A DNA stretch of 64,000 nucleotides from Eledone cirrhosa (taxonomy: Eukaryota): positions 11,780,001-11,844,000 of the forward strand of contig OZ024745.1 in NCBI GenBank assembly GCA_964016885.1, given 5' to 3'. Under the pieces are notes generated by a model. That model made no database searches. It was not told where the DNA came from and worked only from the letters and a program-made list of their open reading frames with translations. Both the position numbers and the translations under genes were made by a program. The first letter of the stretch is position 1. Each line of letters starts with the position of its first letter. This document shows, one piece after another, positions 14,410-27,400 of the stretch.

Positions 14410-14870
14410 CGACCCCGCAAGGATGAAAGGCAAAGTTAACTGCGGCAGGAAACTCAGAACCTAACTCTACGTCACATGCTGTCCGACACTCTACCGAAAC
14501 TTCCAAATCCTAGACGTAAAATAATAATAATTGTTTTTACTTTTTGGCGCAAGGCCAGCAATTACCCAGTGAATTACTGGTACTTTATTTTATCGACCTT
14601 GTAAGGATGAAAGGCAAAGTTAACCTCGGCGGGATTTGAACTCAGAATAGCAAGGGCCGTAACTCTATGTGTCAAAGCATGGCGTCCGACCCTCTACCGA
14701 TACTGCCAATCCACGTAAAATAATAATAATAATTCTTTCTCAGATAAGCTGAATGCCAGAAATTTGGTATTAGAAGAAAATCGATTAAATCTATCTCAGT
14801 ACTTGACTAGGACTTTATTTATCGTCCCTGGAAGTGAAAGTATGAAAATGATAGTCAACTCCGACATAAA
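14401..14870 (-). mobile_element. Three tandem minus-strand SINE family B copies (about 14401-14505, 14530-14713 and a degenerate 14752-14870)
   Basis: TTTTATCGACC...AAGGATGAAAGGCAAAGTTAAC is the reverse complement of the family core. Confidence 0.82.
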
Positions 14871-15044
14871 ACATTATAAGGTCGTACGTTTGGTTTAAAT
14901 AAGCAATAGATATCTACCATCATGCTGATGCCTCTAAATATAACACATGATCTGCTAGAAATAGTAACTACATTCTTCTTAAATCACACTTCTACTTCTG
15001 GTAAACAAGACACACTGGATAATGTTGGTCACGACTTAACAGTG

Positions 15045-15657
15045 AGACCATGTAGCGTAGATTTCAGACCATGTAGCGTAGATTTCAGACCATGTAACGT
15101 ATATTTTAGACCATATAGCGTAGAGTTTAGGCCATATAGCGTAGAGTTTAGACCATGTAGCGTATATTTTAGACCATATAGCGTAGAGTTTAGACTATGT
15201 AGCGTATATTTTAGACCATGTAGCGTAGATTTTAGACCATGTAGCGTAGATTACAGACCATGTAGCGTAGATTTCAGACCATGTAACGTATATTTTAGAC
15301 CATATAGCGTAGATTTTAGGCCATATAGCGTAGAGTTTAGACCATGTAGCGTATATTTTAGACCATATAGCGTAGAGTTTAGACCATGTAGCGTAGATTT
15401 TAGACCATGTAGCGTAGATTTTAGATCATATAGCGTAGAGTTTAGACCATGTAGCGTAGATTTTAGACCATGTAGAGTAGATTTTAGACCATATAGCGTA
15501 GAGTTTAGACCATGTAGCGTAGATTTTAGACCATCTAGCGTAGATTTTAGACCATATAGCGTAGCTTTTAGACCATATAGCGTAGAGTTTAGACCATGTA
15601 GCGTAGATTTTAGACCATGCAGCGTAGATTTTAGACCATGTAGCGTAGATTTCAGAA
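15045..15657. repeat. 21-bp minisatellite (AGACCATRTAGCGTAGAKTTT)n, about 29 units
   Basis: Strict 21-bp period. It produces the RPCSVDF-repeat ORF at 14922-15689. Confidence 0.95.
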
Positions 15658-16004
15658 GATGCAGCCGAGGTGTTTTATTTATATATTAATATACTGAAAT
15701 GTTCAACAATCTATTTCATTTGATATTTCTCCTGGCATTCTTTAATTACCATCAGTCGGCTGCTGTCTTCTATCCTATTCTTCTTTTGTTGTTTGTTTTG
15801 TTTTGTTTTTTTATATGGGGGGGGGGATTTATCAGTTTGTGTTTCAAGTAAGAACTGATCGTTGCTAGTCTGTTGTGTGACTTTCGTCAGATCGATAACC
15901 GTTTCAGTTTTTCAATAAGCTGTGTAGATCGTGCATGTTCTACTAATGCTTAAGGTGCTACATCTTATCTTTTGCACTTGTCTATTCTGTGCTTTCAACC
16001 ATAC

Positions 16005-16268
16005 ACTTTCTCTCTTCCTCTTTCTTTCTCGCCTTCTCTCTTCCTCTCTTTCTTTCTTTCCTTTTCTCTTTCTCGTCCTCTCTTTCTTTCTTTCCCTTTC
16101 TCTTGCTCGCCCTCTCGTTCTCTCTTTCTTTCTTTCCCTTTCTCTTGCTCGCCCTCTTTCTGCCTCTCTTTCTTTCTTTCCTTCTCTCTTTCTCGCCTTC
16201 TCTCTTCCTCTCTTTCTTTCTTTCCTTTTCTCTTTCTCCCCCTCTCGTTCTCACGCCCTTTCTTTCTT
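16005..16268. repeat. Polypyrimidine low-complexity repeat with 30-45-bp subunits
   Basis: Recurring TCTCTTTCTTTCTTTCC...CTCGCC blocks. Confidence 0.85.
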
Positions 16269-16557
16269 TAACGTTGACTTCTCAACCACAAAGCCAGTTT
16301 CAGAAGGAGTGTTTCTAGTCAATTTAATCAACTGCAACATATCACAAGCACGTGTGTTATTGATTTCTATTTGTGAAATATAAAGTTGGCACCGGTGAGA
16401 TTCGAACCTGGAATTAAAAGAGACAAAACTAATTATTATTAGTCCACATTTTCCACCAACTATTTTTCTCAATGAATAAATTATGTAAATCCTGGCAGAC
16501 TAGGATGCTTTGCAGATTTTTGACAAATTCGTCTATTCATAGCGAACACATTTAGTA

Positions 16558-16900
<343 letters not shown>

Positions 16901-16951
16901 TATACCAGTAATGCGCTGGGTAATTGCTGGCCTTGTGCCTAAAGTAGAAAC

Positions 16952-16987
<36 letters not shown>

Positions 16988-17136
16988 GCAGCCACACGCA
17001 CACACATTAACCGTATATAGAATCATACACACCCATATACTGGTTTTACGAAGAGGAAGTACCATAACAGACTGATGGGTTTCAAGGAGATCAGGGAATA
17101 ACTAATAAAATCAGGCATACACACCAAAGCTCTCAA

Positions 17137-17194
<58 letters not shown>

Positions 17195-17206
17195 ATATAT
17201 TTATGT

Positions 17207-17270
17207 ATACTCTTTTACTCTTTTACCTGTTTCAGCCATCCGGCTGAGGCCATGCTGGGGCACCGCCCTT
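17207..17270. mobile_element. Short SINE-like fragment
   Basis: TACTCTTTTACTCTTTTACCTGTTTCAGCCAT...GGCCATGCTGGGGCACCGCC. A related opposite-strand fragment GGTGCTCCAGCCTGACCGCA lies at about 3067-3086. Family identity is from recognition only. Confidence 0.5.
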
Positions 17271-17444
17271 GATATATATGTATATATATATCTGTGTGTA
17301 TGTATATATGTATGTATATATATAAGTGTGTGTATGTATATATGTATATATATATCTATATATACAGAGAGATGTATGTATGTATGTATATATATGTGTG
17401 TGTATGTATGTATATCTTCCTATCTATCTAATCATCTCTCTCTC

Positions 17445-17481
<37 letters not shown>

Positions 17482-17488
17482 GGGTGTG

Positions 17489-17550
<62 letters not shown>

Positions 17551-17654
17551 ATGTATATATGTATATATGTATATATGTATATATATATATGTGTGTGTGT
17601 ATATGTATATATATATATATATGTATATGTATATATGTATATATGTATATATGT

Positions 17655-17707
<53 letters not shown>

Positions 17708-17745
17708 CATACATACATATATATATAGATATATATATATGTACA
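17271..17745. repeat. Compound TA, TG and TATG microsatellite
   Basis: Seen directly. Confidence 0.92.
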
Positions 17746-18172
17746 TTTAATTCTCTTTTCCAATTTCTCATGCTATACCTTATATTTTCTCTTCAAACCT
17801 TTATCAAGATGAACACAATTAAAGCAGATATTCTCTCCTTTTATCTCTTACCTATTGTATTACACCTTATTCACTCTGCTTTCTATGGCAGACATTTTTG
17901 TTCCTCTTTGGTCGACTCTTTAATTCAATTATTGTCTGATATTAAAAATGAAGACCTTTGGGAATGCTAGAGAATTATTAGTGAAACTGAAATGAGTTGA
18001 GAGAAACTAGAAACCGAGTCACGTATAATAAGTATATTTATCTTTTCAATGTATATTATTCCATAAATGTGGATATATATAAATAGGGGGGGGGGTCTTT
18101 AAACCTGAACTGGCGCTTTTGTTCCGAGTATGAACATAAATAAATAATATAATATAATATATATATATATAT

Positions 18173-18295
18173 ATAGGAAAAAGTATGACCCCGACGGCAG
18201 AGCTCAAGCCGTTTCGACGGCTATTTCTGGACTCAGTCTAGAAATAGCCATCGAAACGGCTTGAGCTCTGCCGTCGGGGTCATACTTTTTCCTAT
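18173..18295. repeat. Near-perfect palindrome, 61-bp arms, 1-nt centre
   Basis: Centre GACT-C-AGTC at 18234 with two arm mismatches. A unique tail follows to about 18371. Confidence 0.93.
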
Positions 18296-18371
18296 TTCCC
18301 ACTCTACTACCCTAAGTATTGAGTACTGGTGCGTTATGGTCCATCTGGTTCCTTACCACAATTCCTTTGTT

Positions 18372-18377
18372 ATATAT

Positions 18378-18459
<82 letters not shown>

Positions 18460-18723
18460 TTGTGTGTATGTATGCATACATACATGCATATGCGTTTGTA
18501 TGTTTGTATGTTCGTCTACATATATCTATTCCTGTATGTTATATATATGAACATATATATACTCGTACACACATTTTTGTATACATTTATAAATTTGTAT
18601 GTGTGTGTGTGTATATCTGTGTGTGTGTTTGTATGTGTGTGTGTATGTGTGTGTTTGTGTGTGTGCATGTGTGTGTGTGTTTGTATGTGTGTGTGTGTGT
18701 ATGTATGTGTTTGTGTGTGTGTT

Positions 18724-18763
<40 letters not shown>

Positions 18764-18793
18764 TGTTTGTATGTGTGTTTGTATGTGTTTGTA

Positions 18794-18825
<32 letters not shown>

Positions 18826-18905
18826 TTTATGTGTGTGTGTGTGTATGTGTATGTGTGTGTTTGTATGTGTGTTTGTATGTGTTTGTATGTGTGTTTGTAT
18901 GTGTT

Positions 18906-18936
<31 letters not shown>
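18372..18936. repeat. Compound TA, TG and TTTGTATG microsatellite
   Basis: Seen directly. Confidence 0.92.
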
Positions 18937-19088
18937 AGCGAGGAATTAGCTGAGTTGTTAGAACCTCAGAATGCCTTGCGGTATTTGTTCCGGCCCTCTG
19001 CTCTCTGAATTCAAATTCCACCGAGATCAACTTTTCCTTTTATCCATTCGAGGTCGATAAAAAAAGTACCAGTCAAGTACTGAGGTCC
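18936..19088 (+). mobile_element. SINE family B copy
   Basis: CTGAATTCAAATTCCACCGAGATCAACTTTTCCTTTTATCC...GGTCGATAAAAAAAGTACCAGTC. Confidence 0.8.
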
Positions 19089-19200
19089 ATTTCTCCTCTT
19101 TCTCAATTCCTTTCTGCCATTCTTTCTCCTTCTATGCAACAATTCAGAAGTTATCTCACCTAATGAGGAGATGGGTTCCAACACATTACGGTGTCCCTGC

Positions 19201-19241
<41 letters not shown>

Positions 19242-19626
19242 ATGGAGGGAGAGAGGGGGGAGATGGAGAGAGAGAGGAGGGGAGAGAGGGGGAGAGAGAT
19301 GGAGAGAGAGAGAGAGAGAAAGACAACTACTGGTCTTAGTTGACAACATATGACAGTTCTGTTATGCCACTCACAACCTGTGATGTTTTTAGTTGTTACT
19401 TTCTAAGAAGTTCAGTGGAAGTTGTTACCTTTGATATATCAACAAAGACTTCCATCGTGTCTGCTACAAGAACTATCTAGAAAAGATGCCTCATATGTTC
19501 TCATTCTTTCACAATTAGAATTTGAAATATCCACAATGAATGCTATGATGGCGTTCTCTTTCACTTTCCTTCTATTAACTTGGCTGTATTAAAGTTAGAG
19601 TATGCCTTCCACTCTCTTCTTTTTAC

Positions 19627-19791
19627 CTTCGAGACTCGTGAAGATCAGGGTGACCCACGTTCCGCCGGCCATCGAAATTCTCTGGCTAAGGGCTGCCGTC
19701 CTCGCCGACATCGTGGCCAACACGAAAATAATTGAGGTAACAAAAGAAAAGCAGGAGAATGTCAGTCTTTTAACTCCTCCACACAGGTTTC
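19627..19791 (-). CDS. Candidate isolated coding exon, product unknown (hydrophobic peptide)
   Basis: GC- and CpG-rich unique island. Minus-strand CAG|G acceptor and GAAG|GTAAAA donor enclose 165 bp that is open in one frame (phase 1-1). The polypyrimidine tract is weak and no domain is recognised. Confidence 0.27.
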
Positions 19792-20036
19792 CTGCATACA
19801 GTGTACATGTCATCTATCTGACATGGATACATTTTATAGAGACAGATCTCGAAAGTATCACTCATCATGGGGAACATTTACTAGGTCTTTCAACCGACTA
19901 GATATAGCAGTTAACTATCCCTCAAATTCTGCCCTTCCGTCTTAAAAGCACATTAAATACATGAGGAGTGTCATATCTGGAACGTTGATAGATCAGTCGA
20001 TGGATGCTTCCATTCGATAATACTCCTCGATATAAT

Positions 20037-20369
20037 AAAGAATTAAGCGGGGTTGGCACACGTGACAAAGAAGTAAGCGGGGTTGGCACACGTGACAAAG
20101 AAGTAAGCGGGGTTGGCACACGTGACAAAGAAGTAAGCGGGGTTGGCACACGTGATAAAGAAGTAAGCGGGGTTGGCACACGTGATAAAGAAGTAAGCGG
20201 GGTTGGCACACGTGACAAAGAAGTAAGCGGGGTTGGCACACGTGACAAAGAAGTAAGCGGGGTTGGCACACGTGACAAAGAAGTAAGCGGGGTTGGCACA
20301 CGTGACAAAGAAGTAAGCGGGGTTGGCACACGTGACAAAGAAGTAAGCGGGGTTGGCACACGTGATAAA
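20037..20369. repeat. 30-bp VNTR (AAAGAAGTAAGCGGGGTTGGCACACGTGAY) x11
   Basis: Eleven nearly identical units, each containing CACGTG. Confidence 0.97.
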
Positions 20370-20426
20370 CTATATACGACAACGATAGAGCGAGAATATC
20401 TTCTATTATTATTCAAGACACTAAAA

Positions 20427-20620
20427 GGCGGTGTATTAGCAGTATCGGTAGAGGGTCGGACGCCATGCTTTGCAGCAAAGAGTTACGGCCCTTTATGATC
20501 TGAGTTCAAATCCCGCCAGGGTTAACTTTGCCTTTCATCCTTATGGGGTCGATAAAAGAAAGTACCAGTAATGCACTGGGATAATTGCTGGCCTTGTGCC
20601 AAAAGTAGAAACAATTATTA
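20427..20620 (+). mobile_element. SINE family B, near full length
   Basis: GGCGGTGTATTAGCAGTATCGGTAGAG head, GAGTTCAAATCCC B box, GCCTTTCATCC core and AGAAACAATTATTATT tail. Confidence 0.88.
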
Positions 20621-20934
20621 TTGAAGACACTGATGGTATTCTCATAAATATATCGATTCGTTCCTGACAAAATATTTCTCCTGTGGATATAAGAAATAAG
20701 ATAAGGAAATACAAGATGTCGAAATTGAAGTAAATAGGATGCGGGAAATAAAAAAAAATGGAGATAAAACCAATAATATTTTGTACATTTCCTGAGATAA
20801 AAAATGATATGAAAGAACATATGAGTTGACAATCTTCACACTGTTCGTAGTAGCAGGAGATAAATCTATTGTATAAAAGAGAGGCAAGGATCGTTTCTGA
20901 TATAAGCACAATGTCAGGAATTTGTTGGCAGGTT

Positions 20935-21097
20935 TAGTTGACTCCAGTACCTAACTGGTATTTGATATTATCGACTCTGGAAAAAAAAAAAGAAGCGGAT
21001 GATGAGTTCGGGAAGATTTAAACTTTAAACGTTAAGAGTTGAAACAATTACTACATTTGTGCCGAGGCTCTACCGATTCTGCCAATCCATCGCCTTG
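20935..21097 (-). mobile_element. Degenerate minus-strand SINE family B
   Basis: CTCTACCGATTCTGCCAATCCATCGCC is the reverse complement of the family head, with an ACTGGTA...TTATCGAC core remnant. Confidence 0.7.
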
Positions 21098-21283
21098 AAA
21101 AGTAAGAAAAAAAATGAAAACAGGAAAAAATGTAATGATTTCCAATCTAGGCATTTTAAAATATGAGTAGAGTTGATTATATCAACTGAAGTATATCACA
21201 GGTACTTATTTATTCAATTGGAATGAGGGATAGGCAGAGTCGCTCTCAACAGTTTGTACTCAGATGGTAACTGATTATTAAAA

Positions 21284-21400
21284 GGTCGGACACCATGCTT
21301 GGCAGCATAGAGTTAGCATCCTTTACGTTCAGAGTTCAATACCGCCGGGGAATGCACATGGGTCGATTTAATCAACTTTCCTCTCCCCCAAAATTGCTGG
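21284..21400 (+). mobile_element. Internally deleted SINE family B copy abutting the satellite
   Basis: GGTCGGACACCATGCTT...GAGTTCAATACCGCC jumps to GGGTCGATTTAATCAACTTTCCTCTCCCCCAAAATTGCTGG (compare 8880-8920). The GCCTTTCATCC core is missing. Confidence 0.8.
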
Positions 21401-21405
21401 TTAAA

Positions 21406-24400
21406 GAAGATTTATATTACATTGAGGACGGTAGAGGAAGGTACAGAGAAGATTTATATTACATTGAGGACGGTAGAGGAAGATACAGAGAAGATTTATA
21501 TTACATTGAGGACGGTAGAGGAAGATACAGTGAGGATTTATATTACATTGAGGACGGTAGAGGAAGGTACAGTGAGGATTTATATTACATTGAGGACGGT
21601 AGAGGAAGATAAAGAGAAGATTTATATTACATTGAGGACGGTAGAGGAAGATACAGAGAAGATTTATATTACATTGAGGACGGTAGAGGAAGATACAGAG
21701 AAGATTTATATTACATTGAGGACGGTAGAGGAAGATACAGAGAAGATTTATATTACATTGAGGACGGTAGAGGAAGATACAGAGAAGATTTATATTACAT
21801 TGAGGACGGTAGAGGAAGATACAGAGAAGATTTATATTACATTGAGGACGGTAGAGGAAGATACAGAGAAGATTTATATTACATTGAGGACGGTAGAGGA
21901 AGATACAGAGAAGATTTATATTACATTGATGACGGTAGAGGAAGATACAGTGAGGATTTATATTACATTGAGGACGGTAGAGGAAGATAAAGAGAAGATT
22001 TATATTACATTGAGGACGGTAGAGGAAGATACAGAGAAGATTTATATTACATTGAGGACGGTAGAGGAAGATACAGAGAAGATTTATATTACATTGAGGA
22101 CGGTAGAGGAAGATACAGAGAAGATTTATATTACATTGAGGACGGTAGAGGAAGATACAGAGAAGATTTATATTACATTGAGGACGGTAGAGGAAGATAC
22201 AGAGAAGATTTATATTACATTGATGACGGTAGAGGAAGATACAGTGAGGATTTATATTACATTGAGGACGGTAGAGGAAGATAAAGAGAAGATTTATATT
22301 ACATTGAGGACGGTAGAGGAAGATACAGAGAAGATTTATATTACATTGAGGACGGTAGAGGAAGATACAGAGAAGATTTATATTACATTGAGGACGGTAG
22401 AGGAAGATACAGAGAAGATTTATATTACATTGAGGACGGTAGAGGAAGATACAGAGAAGATTTATATTACATTGAGGACGGTAGAGGAAGATACAGAGAA
22501 GATTTATATTACATTGATGACGGTAGAGGAAGATACAGTGAGGATTTATATTACATTGAGGACGGTAGAGGAAGATAAAGAGAAGATTTATATTACATTG
22601 AGGACGGTAGAGGAAGATACAGAGAAGATTTATATTACATTGAGGACGGTAGAGGAAGATACAGAGAAGATTTATATTACATTGAGGACGGTAGAGGAAG
22701 ATACAGAGAAGATTTATATTACATTGAGGACGGTAGAGGAAGATACAGAGAAGATTTATATTACATTGAGGACGGTAGAGGAAGATACAGAGAAGATTTA
22801 TATTACATTGAGGACGGTAGAGGAAGATACAGAGAAGATTTATATTACATTGAGGACGGTAGAGGAAGATACAGTGAGGATTTATATTACATTGAGGACG
22901 GTAGAGGAAGATAAAGAGAAGATTTATATTACATTGAGGACGGTAGAGGAAGGTACAGAGAGGATTTATATTACATTGAGGACGGTAGAGGAAGGTACAG
23001 AGAGGATTTATATTACATTGAGGACGGTAGAGGAAGGTACAGAGAAGATTTATATTACATTGAGGACGGTAGAGGAAGATACAGAGAAGATTTATATTAC
23101 ATTGAGGACGGTAGAGGAAGATACAGAGAGGATTTATATTACATTGAGGACGGTAGAGGAAGATAAAGAGAAGATTTATATTACATTGAGGACGGTAGAG
23201 GAAGGTACAGAGAGGATTTATATTACATTGAGGACGGTAGAGGAAGGTACAGAGAGGATTTATATTACATTGAGGACGGTAGAGGAAGGTACAGTGAGGA
23301 TTTATATTACATTGAGGACGGTAGAGGAAGGTACAGTGAGGATTTATATTACATTGAGGACGGTAGAGGAAGATACAGAGAAGATTTATATTACATTGAG
23401 GACGGTAGAGGAAGATACAGAGAGGATTTATATTACATTGAGGACGGTAGAGGAAGATAAAGAGAAGATTTATATTACATTGAGGACGGTAGAGGAAGGT
23501 ACAGAGAGGATTTATATTACATTGAGGACGGTAGAGGAAGGTACAGAGAGGATTTATATTACATTGAGGACGGTAGAGGAAGGTACAGTGAGGATTTATA
23601 TTACATTGAGGACGGTAGAGGAAGGTACAGTGAGGATTTATATTACATTGAGGACGGTAGAGGAAGATACAGAGAAGATTTATATTACATTGAGGACGGT
23701 AGAGGAAGGTACAGTGAGGATTTATATTACATTGAGGACGGTAGAGGAAGATACAGAGAAGATTTATATTACATTGAGGACGGTAGAGGAAGATATAGAG
23801 AGGATTTATATTACATTGAGGGCGGTAGAGGAAGGTACAGTGAGGATTTATATTACATTGAGGACGGTAGAGGAAGATACAGAGAAGATTTATGTTACAT
23901 TGAGGACAGTAGAGGAAGGTACAGAGAAGATTTATATTACATTGAGGACGGTAGAGGAAGGTACAGAGAAGATTTATATTACATTGAGGACGGTAGAGGA
24001 AGGTACAGAGAGGATTTATATTACATTGAGGACGGTAGAGGAAGATACAGAGAAGATTTATATTACATTGAGGACGGTAGAGGAAGGTACAGAGAGGATT
24101 TATATTACATTGAGGACGGTAGAGGAAGATACAGAGAGGATTTATATTACATTGAGGACGGTAGAGGAAGGTACAGAGAAGATTTATATTACATTGAGGA
24201 CGGTAGAGGAAGGTACAGAGAGGATTTATATTACATTGAGGACGGTAGAGGAAGATACAGAGAAGATTTATATTACATTGAGGACGGTAGAGGAAGGTAC
24301 AGAGAGGATTTATATTACATTGAGGACGGTAGAGGAAGATACAGAGAGGATTTATATTACATTGAGGACGGTAGAGGAAGATACAGAGAAGATTTATATT

Positions 24401-27400
24401 ACATTGAGGACGGTAGAGGAAGGTACAGAGAGGATTTATATTACATTGAGGACGGTAGAGGAAGATACAGAGAAGATTTATATTACATTGAGGACGGTAG
24501 AGGAAGATACAGAGAAGATTTATATTACATTGAGGACGGTAGAGGAAGGTACAGAGAGGATTTATATTACATTGAGGACGGTAGAGGAAGATACAGAGAA
24601 GATTTATATTACATTGAGGACGGTAGAGGAAGGTACAGAGAGGATTTATATTACATTGAGGACGGTAGAGGAAGGTACAGAGAGGATTTATATTACATTG
24701 AGGACGGTAGAGGAAGATACAGAGAAGATTTATATTACATTGAGGACGGTAGAGGAAGGTACAGAGAAGATTTATATTACATTGAGGGCGGTAGAGGAAG
24801 GTACAGAGAAGATTTATATTACATTGAGGGCGGTAGAGGAAGATACAGAGAGGATTTATATTATATTGAGGACGGTAGAAAAAGGTACAGAGAGGATTTA
24901 TATTATATAGAGGACGGTAGAGGAAGATACAGAGAAGATTTATATTACATTGAGTACGGTAGAGGAAGATACAGAGAGGATTTATATTACATTGAGGACG
25001 GTAGAGGAAGATACAGAGAAGATTTATATTACATTGAGGACGGTAGAGGAAGATACAGAGAGGATTTATATTACATTGAGGACGGTAGAGGAAGATACAG
25101 AGAGGATTTATATTATATAGAGGACGGTAGAGGAAGATACAGAGAGGATTTATATTACATTGAGGACGGTAGAGGAAGATACAGAGAGGATTTATATTAT
25201 ATAGAGGACGGTAGAGGAAGATACAGAGAGGATTTATATTACATTGAGGACGGTAGAGGAAGATACAGAGAGGATTTATATTATATAGAGGACGGTAGAG
25301 GAAGATACAGAGAGGATTTATATTACATTGAGGACGGTAGAGGAAGGTACAGAGAAGATTTATATTACATTGAGGACGGTAGAGGAAGATACAGAAAAGA
25401 TTTATATTACATTGAGGACGGTAGAGGAAAATACAGAGAAAATCTATATTACATTGAGGACGGTAGAGGAAGGTACAGAGAAGATTTATATTACATTGAG
25501 GACGGTAGAGGAAGATACAGAGAAGATTTATATTACATTGAGGACGGTAGAGGAAAATACAGAGAGGATTTATATTACATAGAGGACGGTAGAGGAAGGT
25601 ACAGAGAAGATTTATATTACATTGAGGACGGTAGAGGAAAATACAGAAAAGATTTATATTACATTGAGGACGGTAGAGGAAAATACAGAGAAAATTTATA
25701 TTACATTGAGGACGGTAGAGGAAAATACAGAGAGGATTTATATTACATAGAGGACGGTAGAGGAAGGTACAGAGAAGATTTATATTACATTGAGGACGGT
25801 AGAGGAAGGTACAGAGAGGATTTATATTATATAGAGGACGGTAGAGGAAGATACAGAGAGGATTTATATTACATTGAGGACGGTAGAGGAAGATACAGAG
25901 AAGATTTATATTACATTGAGGACGGTAGAGGAAGATACAGAGAGGATTTATATTATATAGAGGACGGTAGAGGAAGATACAGAGAGGATTTATATTACAT
26001 TGAGGACGGTAGAGGAAGGTACAGAGAGGATTTATATTATATAGAGGACGGTAGAGGAAGATACAGAGAGGATTTATATTATATAGAGGACGGTAGAGGA
26101 AGATACAGAGAGGATTTATATTACATTGAGGACGGTAGAGGAAGATACAGAGAAAATTTATATTACATTGAGGACGGTAGAGGAAGATACAGAGAGGATT
26201 TATATTATATAGAGGACGGTAGAGGAAGATACAGAGAGGATTTATATTACATTGAGGACGGTAGAGGAAGATACAGAGAAGATTTATATTACATTGAGGA
26301 CGGTAGAGGAAGATACAGAGAGGATTTATATTATATAGAGGACGGTAGAGGAAGATACAGAGAGGATTTATATTACATTGAGGACGGTAGAGGAAGATAC
26401 AGAGAAGATTTATATTACATTGAGGACGGTAGAGGAAGATACAGAGAGGATTTATATTATATAGAGGACGGTAGAGGAAGATACAGAGAGGATTTATATT
26501 ACATTGAGGACGGTAGAGGAAGGTACAGAGAGGATTTATATTATATAGAGGACGGTAGAGGAAGATACAGAGAGGATTTATATTATATAGAGGACGGTAG
26601 AGGAAGATACAGAGAGGATTTATATTACATTGAGGACGGTAGAGGAAGATACAGAGAAAATTTATATTACATTGAGGACGGTAGAGGAAGATACAGAGAG
26701 GATTTATATTATATAGAGGACGGTAGAGGAAGATACAGAGAGGATTTATATTACATTGAGGACGGTAGAGGAAGATACAGAGAGGATTTATATTATATAG
26801 AGGACGGTAGAGGAAGATACAGAGAGGATTTATATTACATTGAGGACGGTAGAGGAAGATACAGAGAGGATTTATATTATATAGAGGACGGTAGAGGAAG
26901 ATACAGAGAGGATTTATATTACATTGAGGACGGTAGAGGAAGATACAGAGAGGATTTATATTATATAGAGGACGGTAGAGGAAGATACAGAGAGGATTTA
27001 TATTACATTGAGGACGGTAGAGGAAGATACAGAGAGGATTTATATTACATTGAGGACGGTAGAGGAAGATACAGAGAAGATTTATATTACATTGAGGACG
27101 GTAGAGGAAGGTACAGAGAAGATTTATATTACATTGAGGACGGTAGAGGAAGATACAGAGAAGATTTATATTACATTGAGGACGGTAGAGGAAGGTACAG
27201 AGAGGATTTATATTACATTGAGGACGGTAGAGGAAGATACAGAGAAGATTTATATTACATTGAGGACGGTAGAGGAAGGTACAGAGAGGATTTATATTAC
27301 ATTGAGGACGGTAGAGGAAGGTACAGAGAGGATTTATATTACATTGAGGACGGTAGAGGAAGATACAGAGAAGATTTATATTACATTGAGGACGGTAGAG

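Noticed and set aside
20445-20454. Origin of the 42-bp monomer from the SINE head (shared CGGTAGAGG)
   Set aside because: Only 8-9 bp match and the flanks do not align, which is compatible with chance.
24908-27000. A-to-I editing of TAG stops to TGG rescuing the RTVEE frame
   Set aside because: There is no sequence evidence. The array is single-orientation with no local dsRNA partner, and editing could not repair the frameshifts elsewhere.
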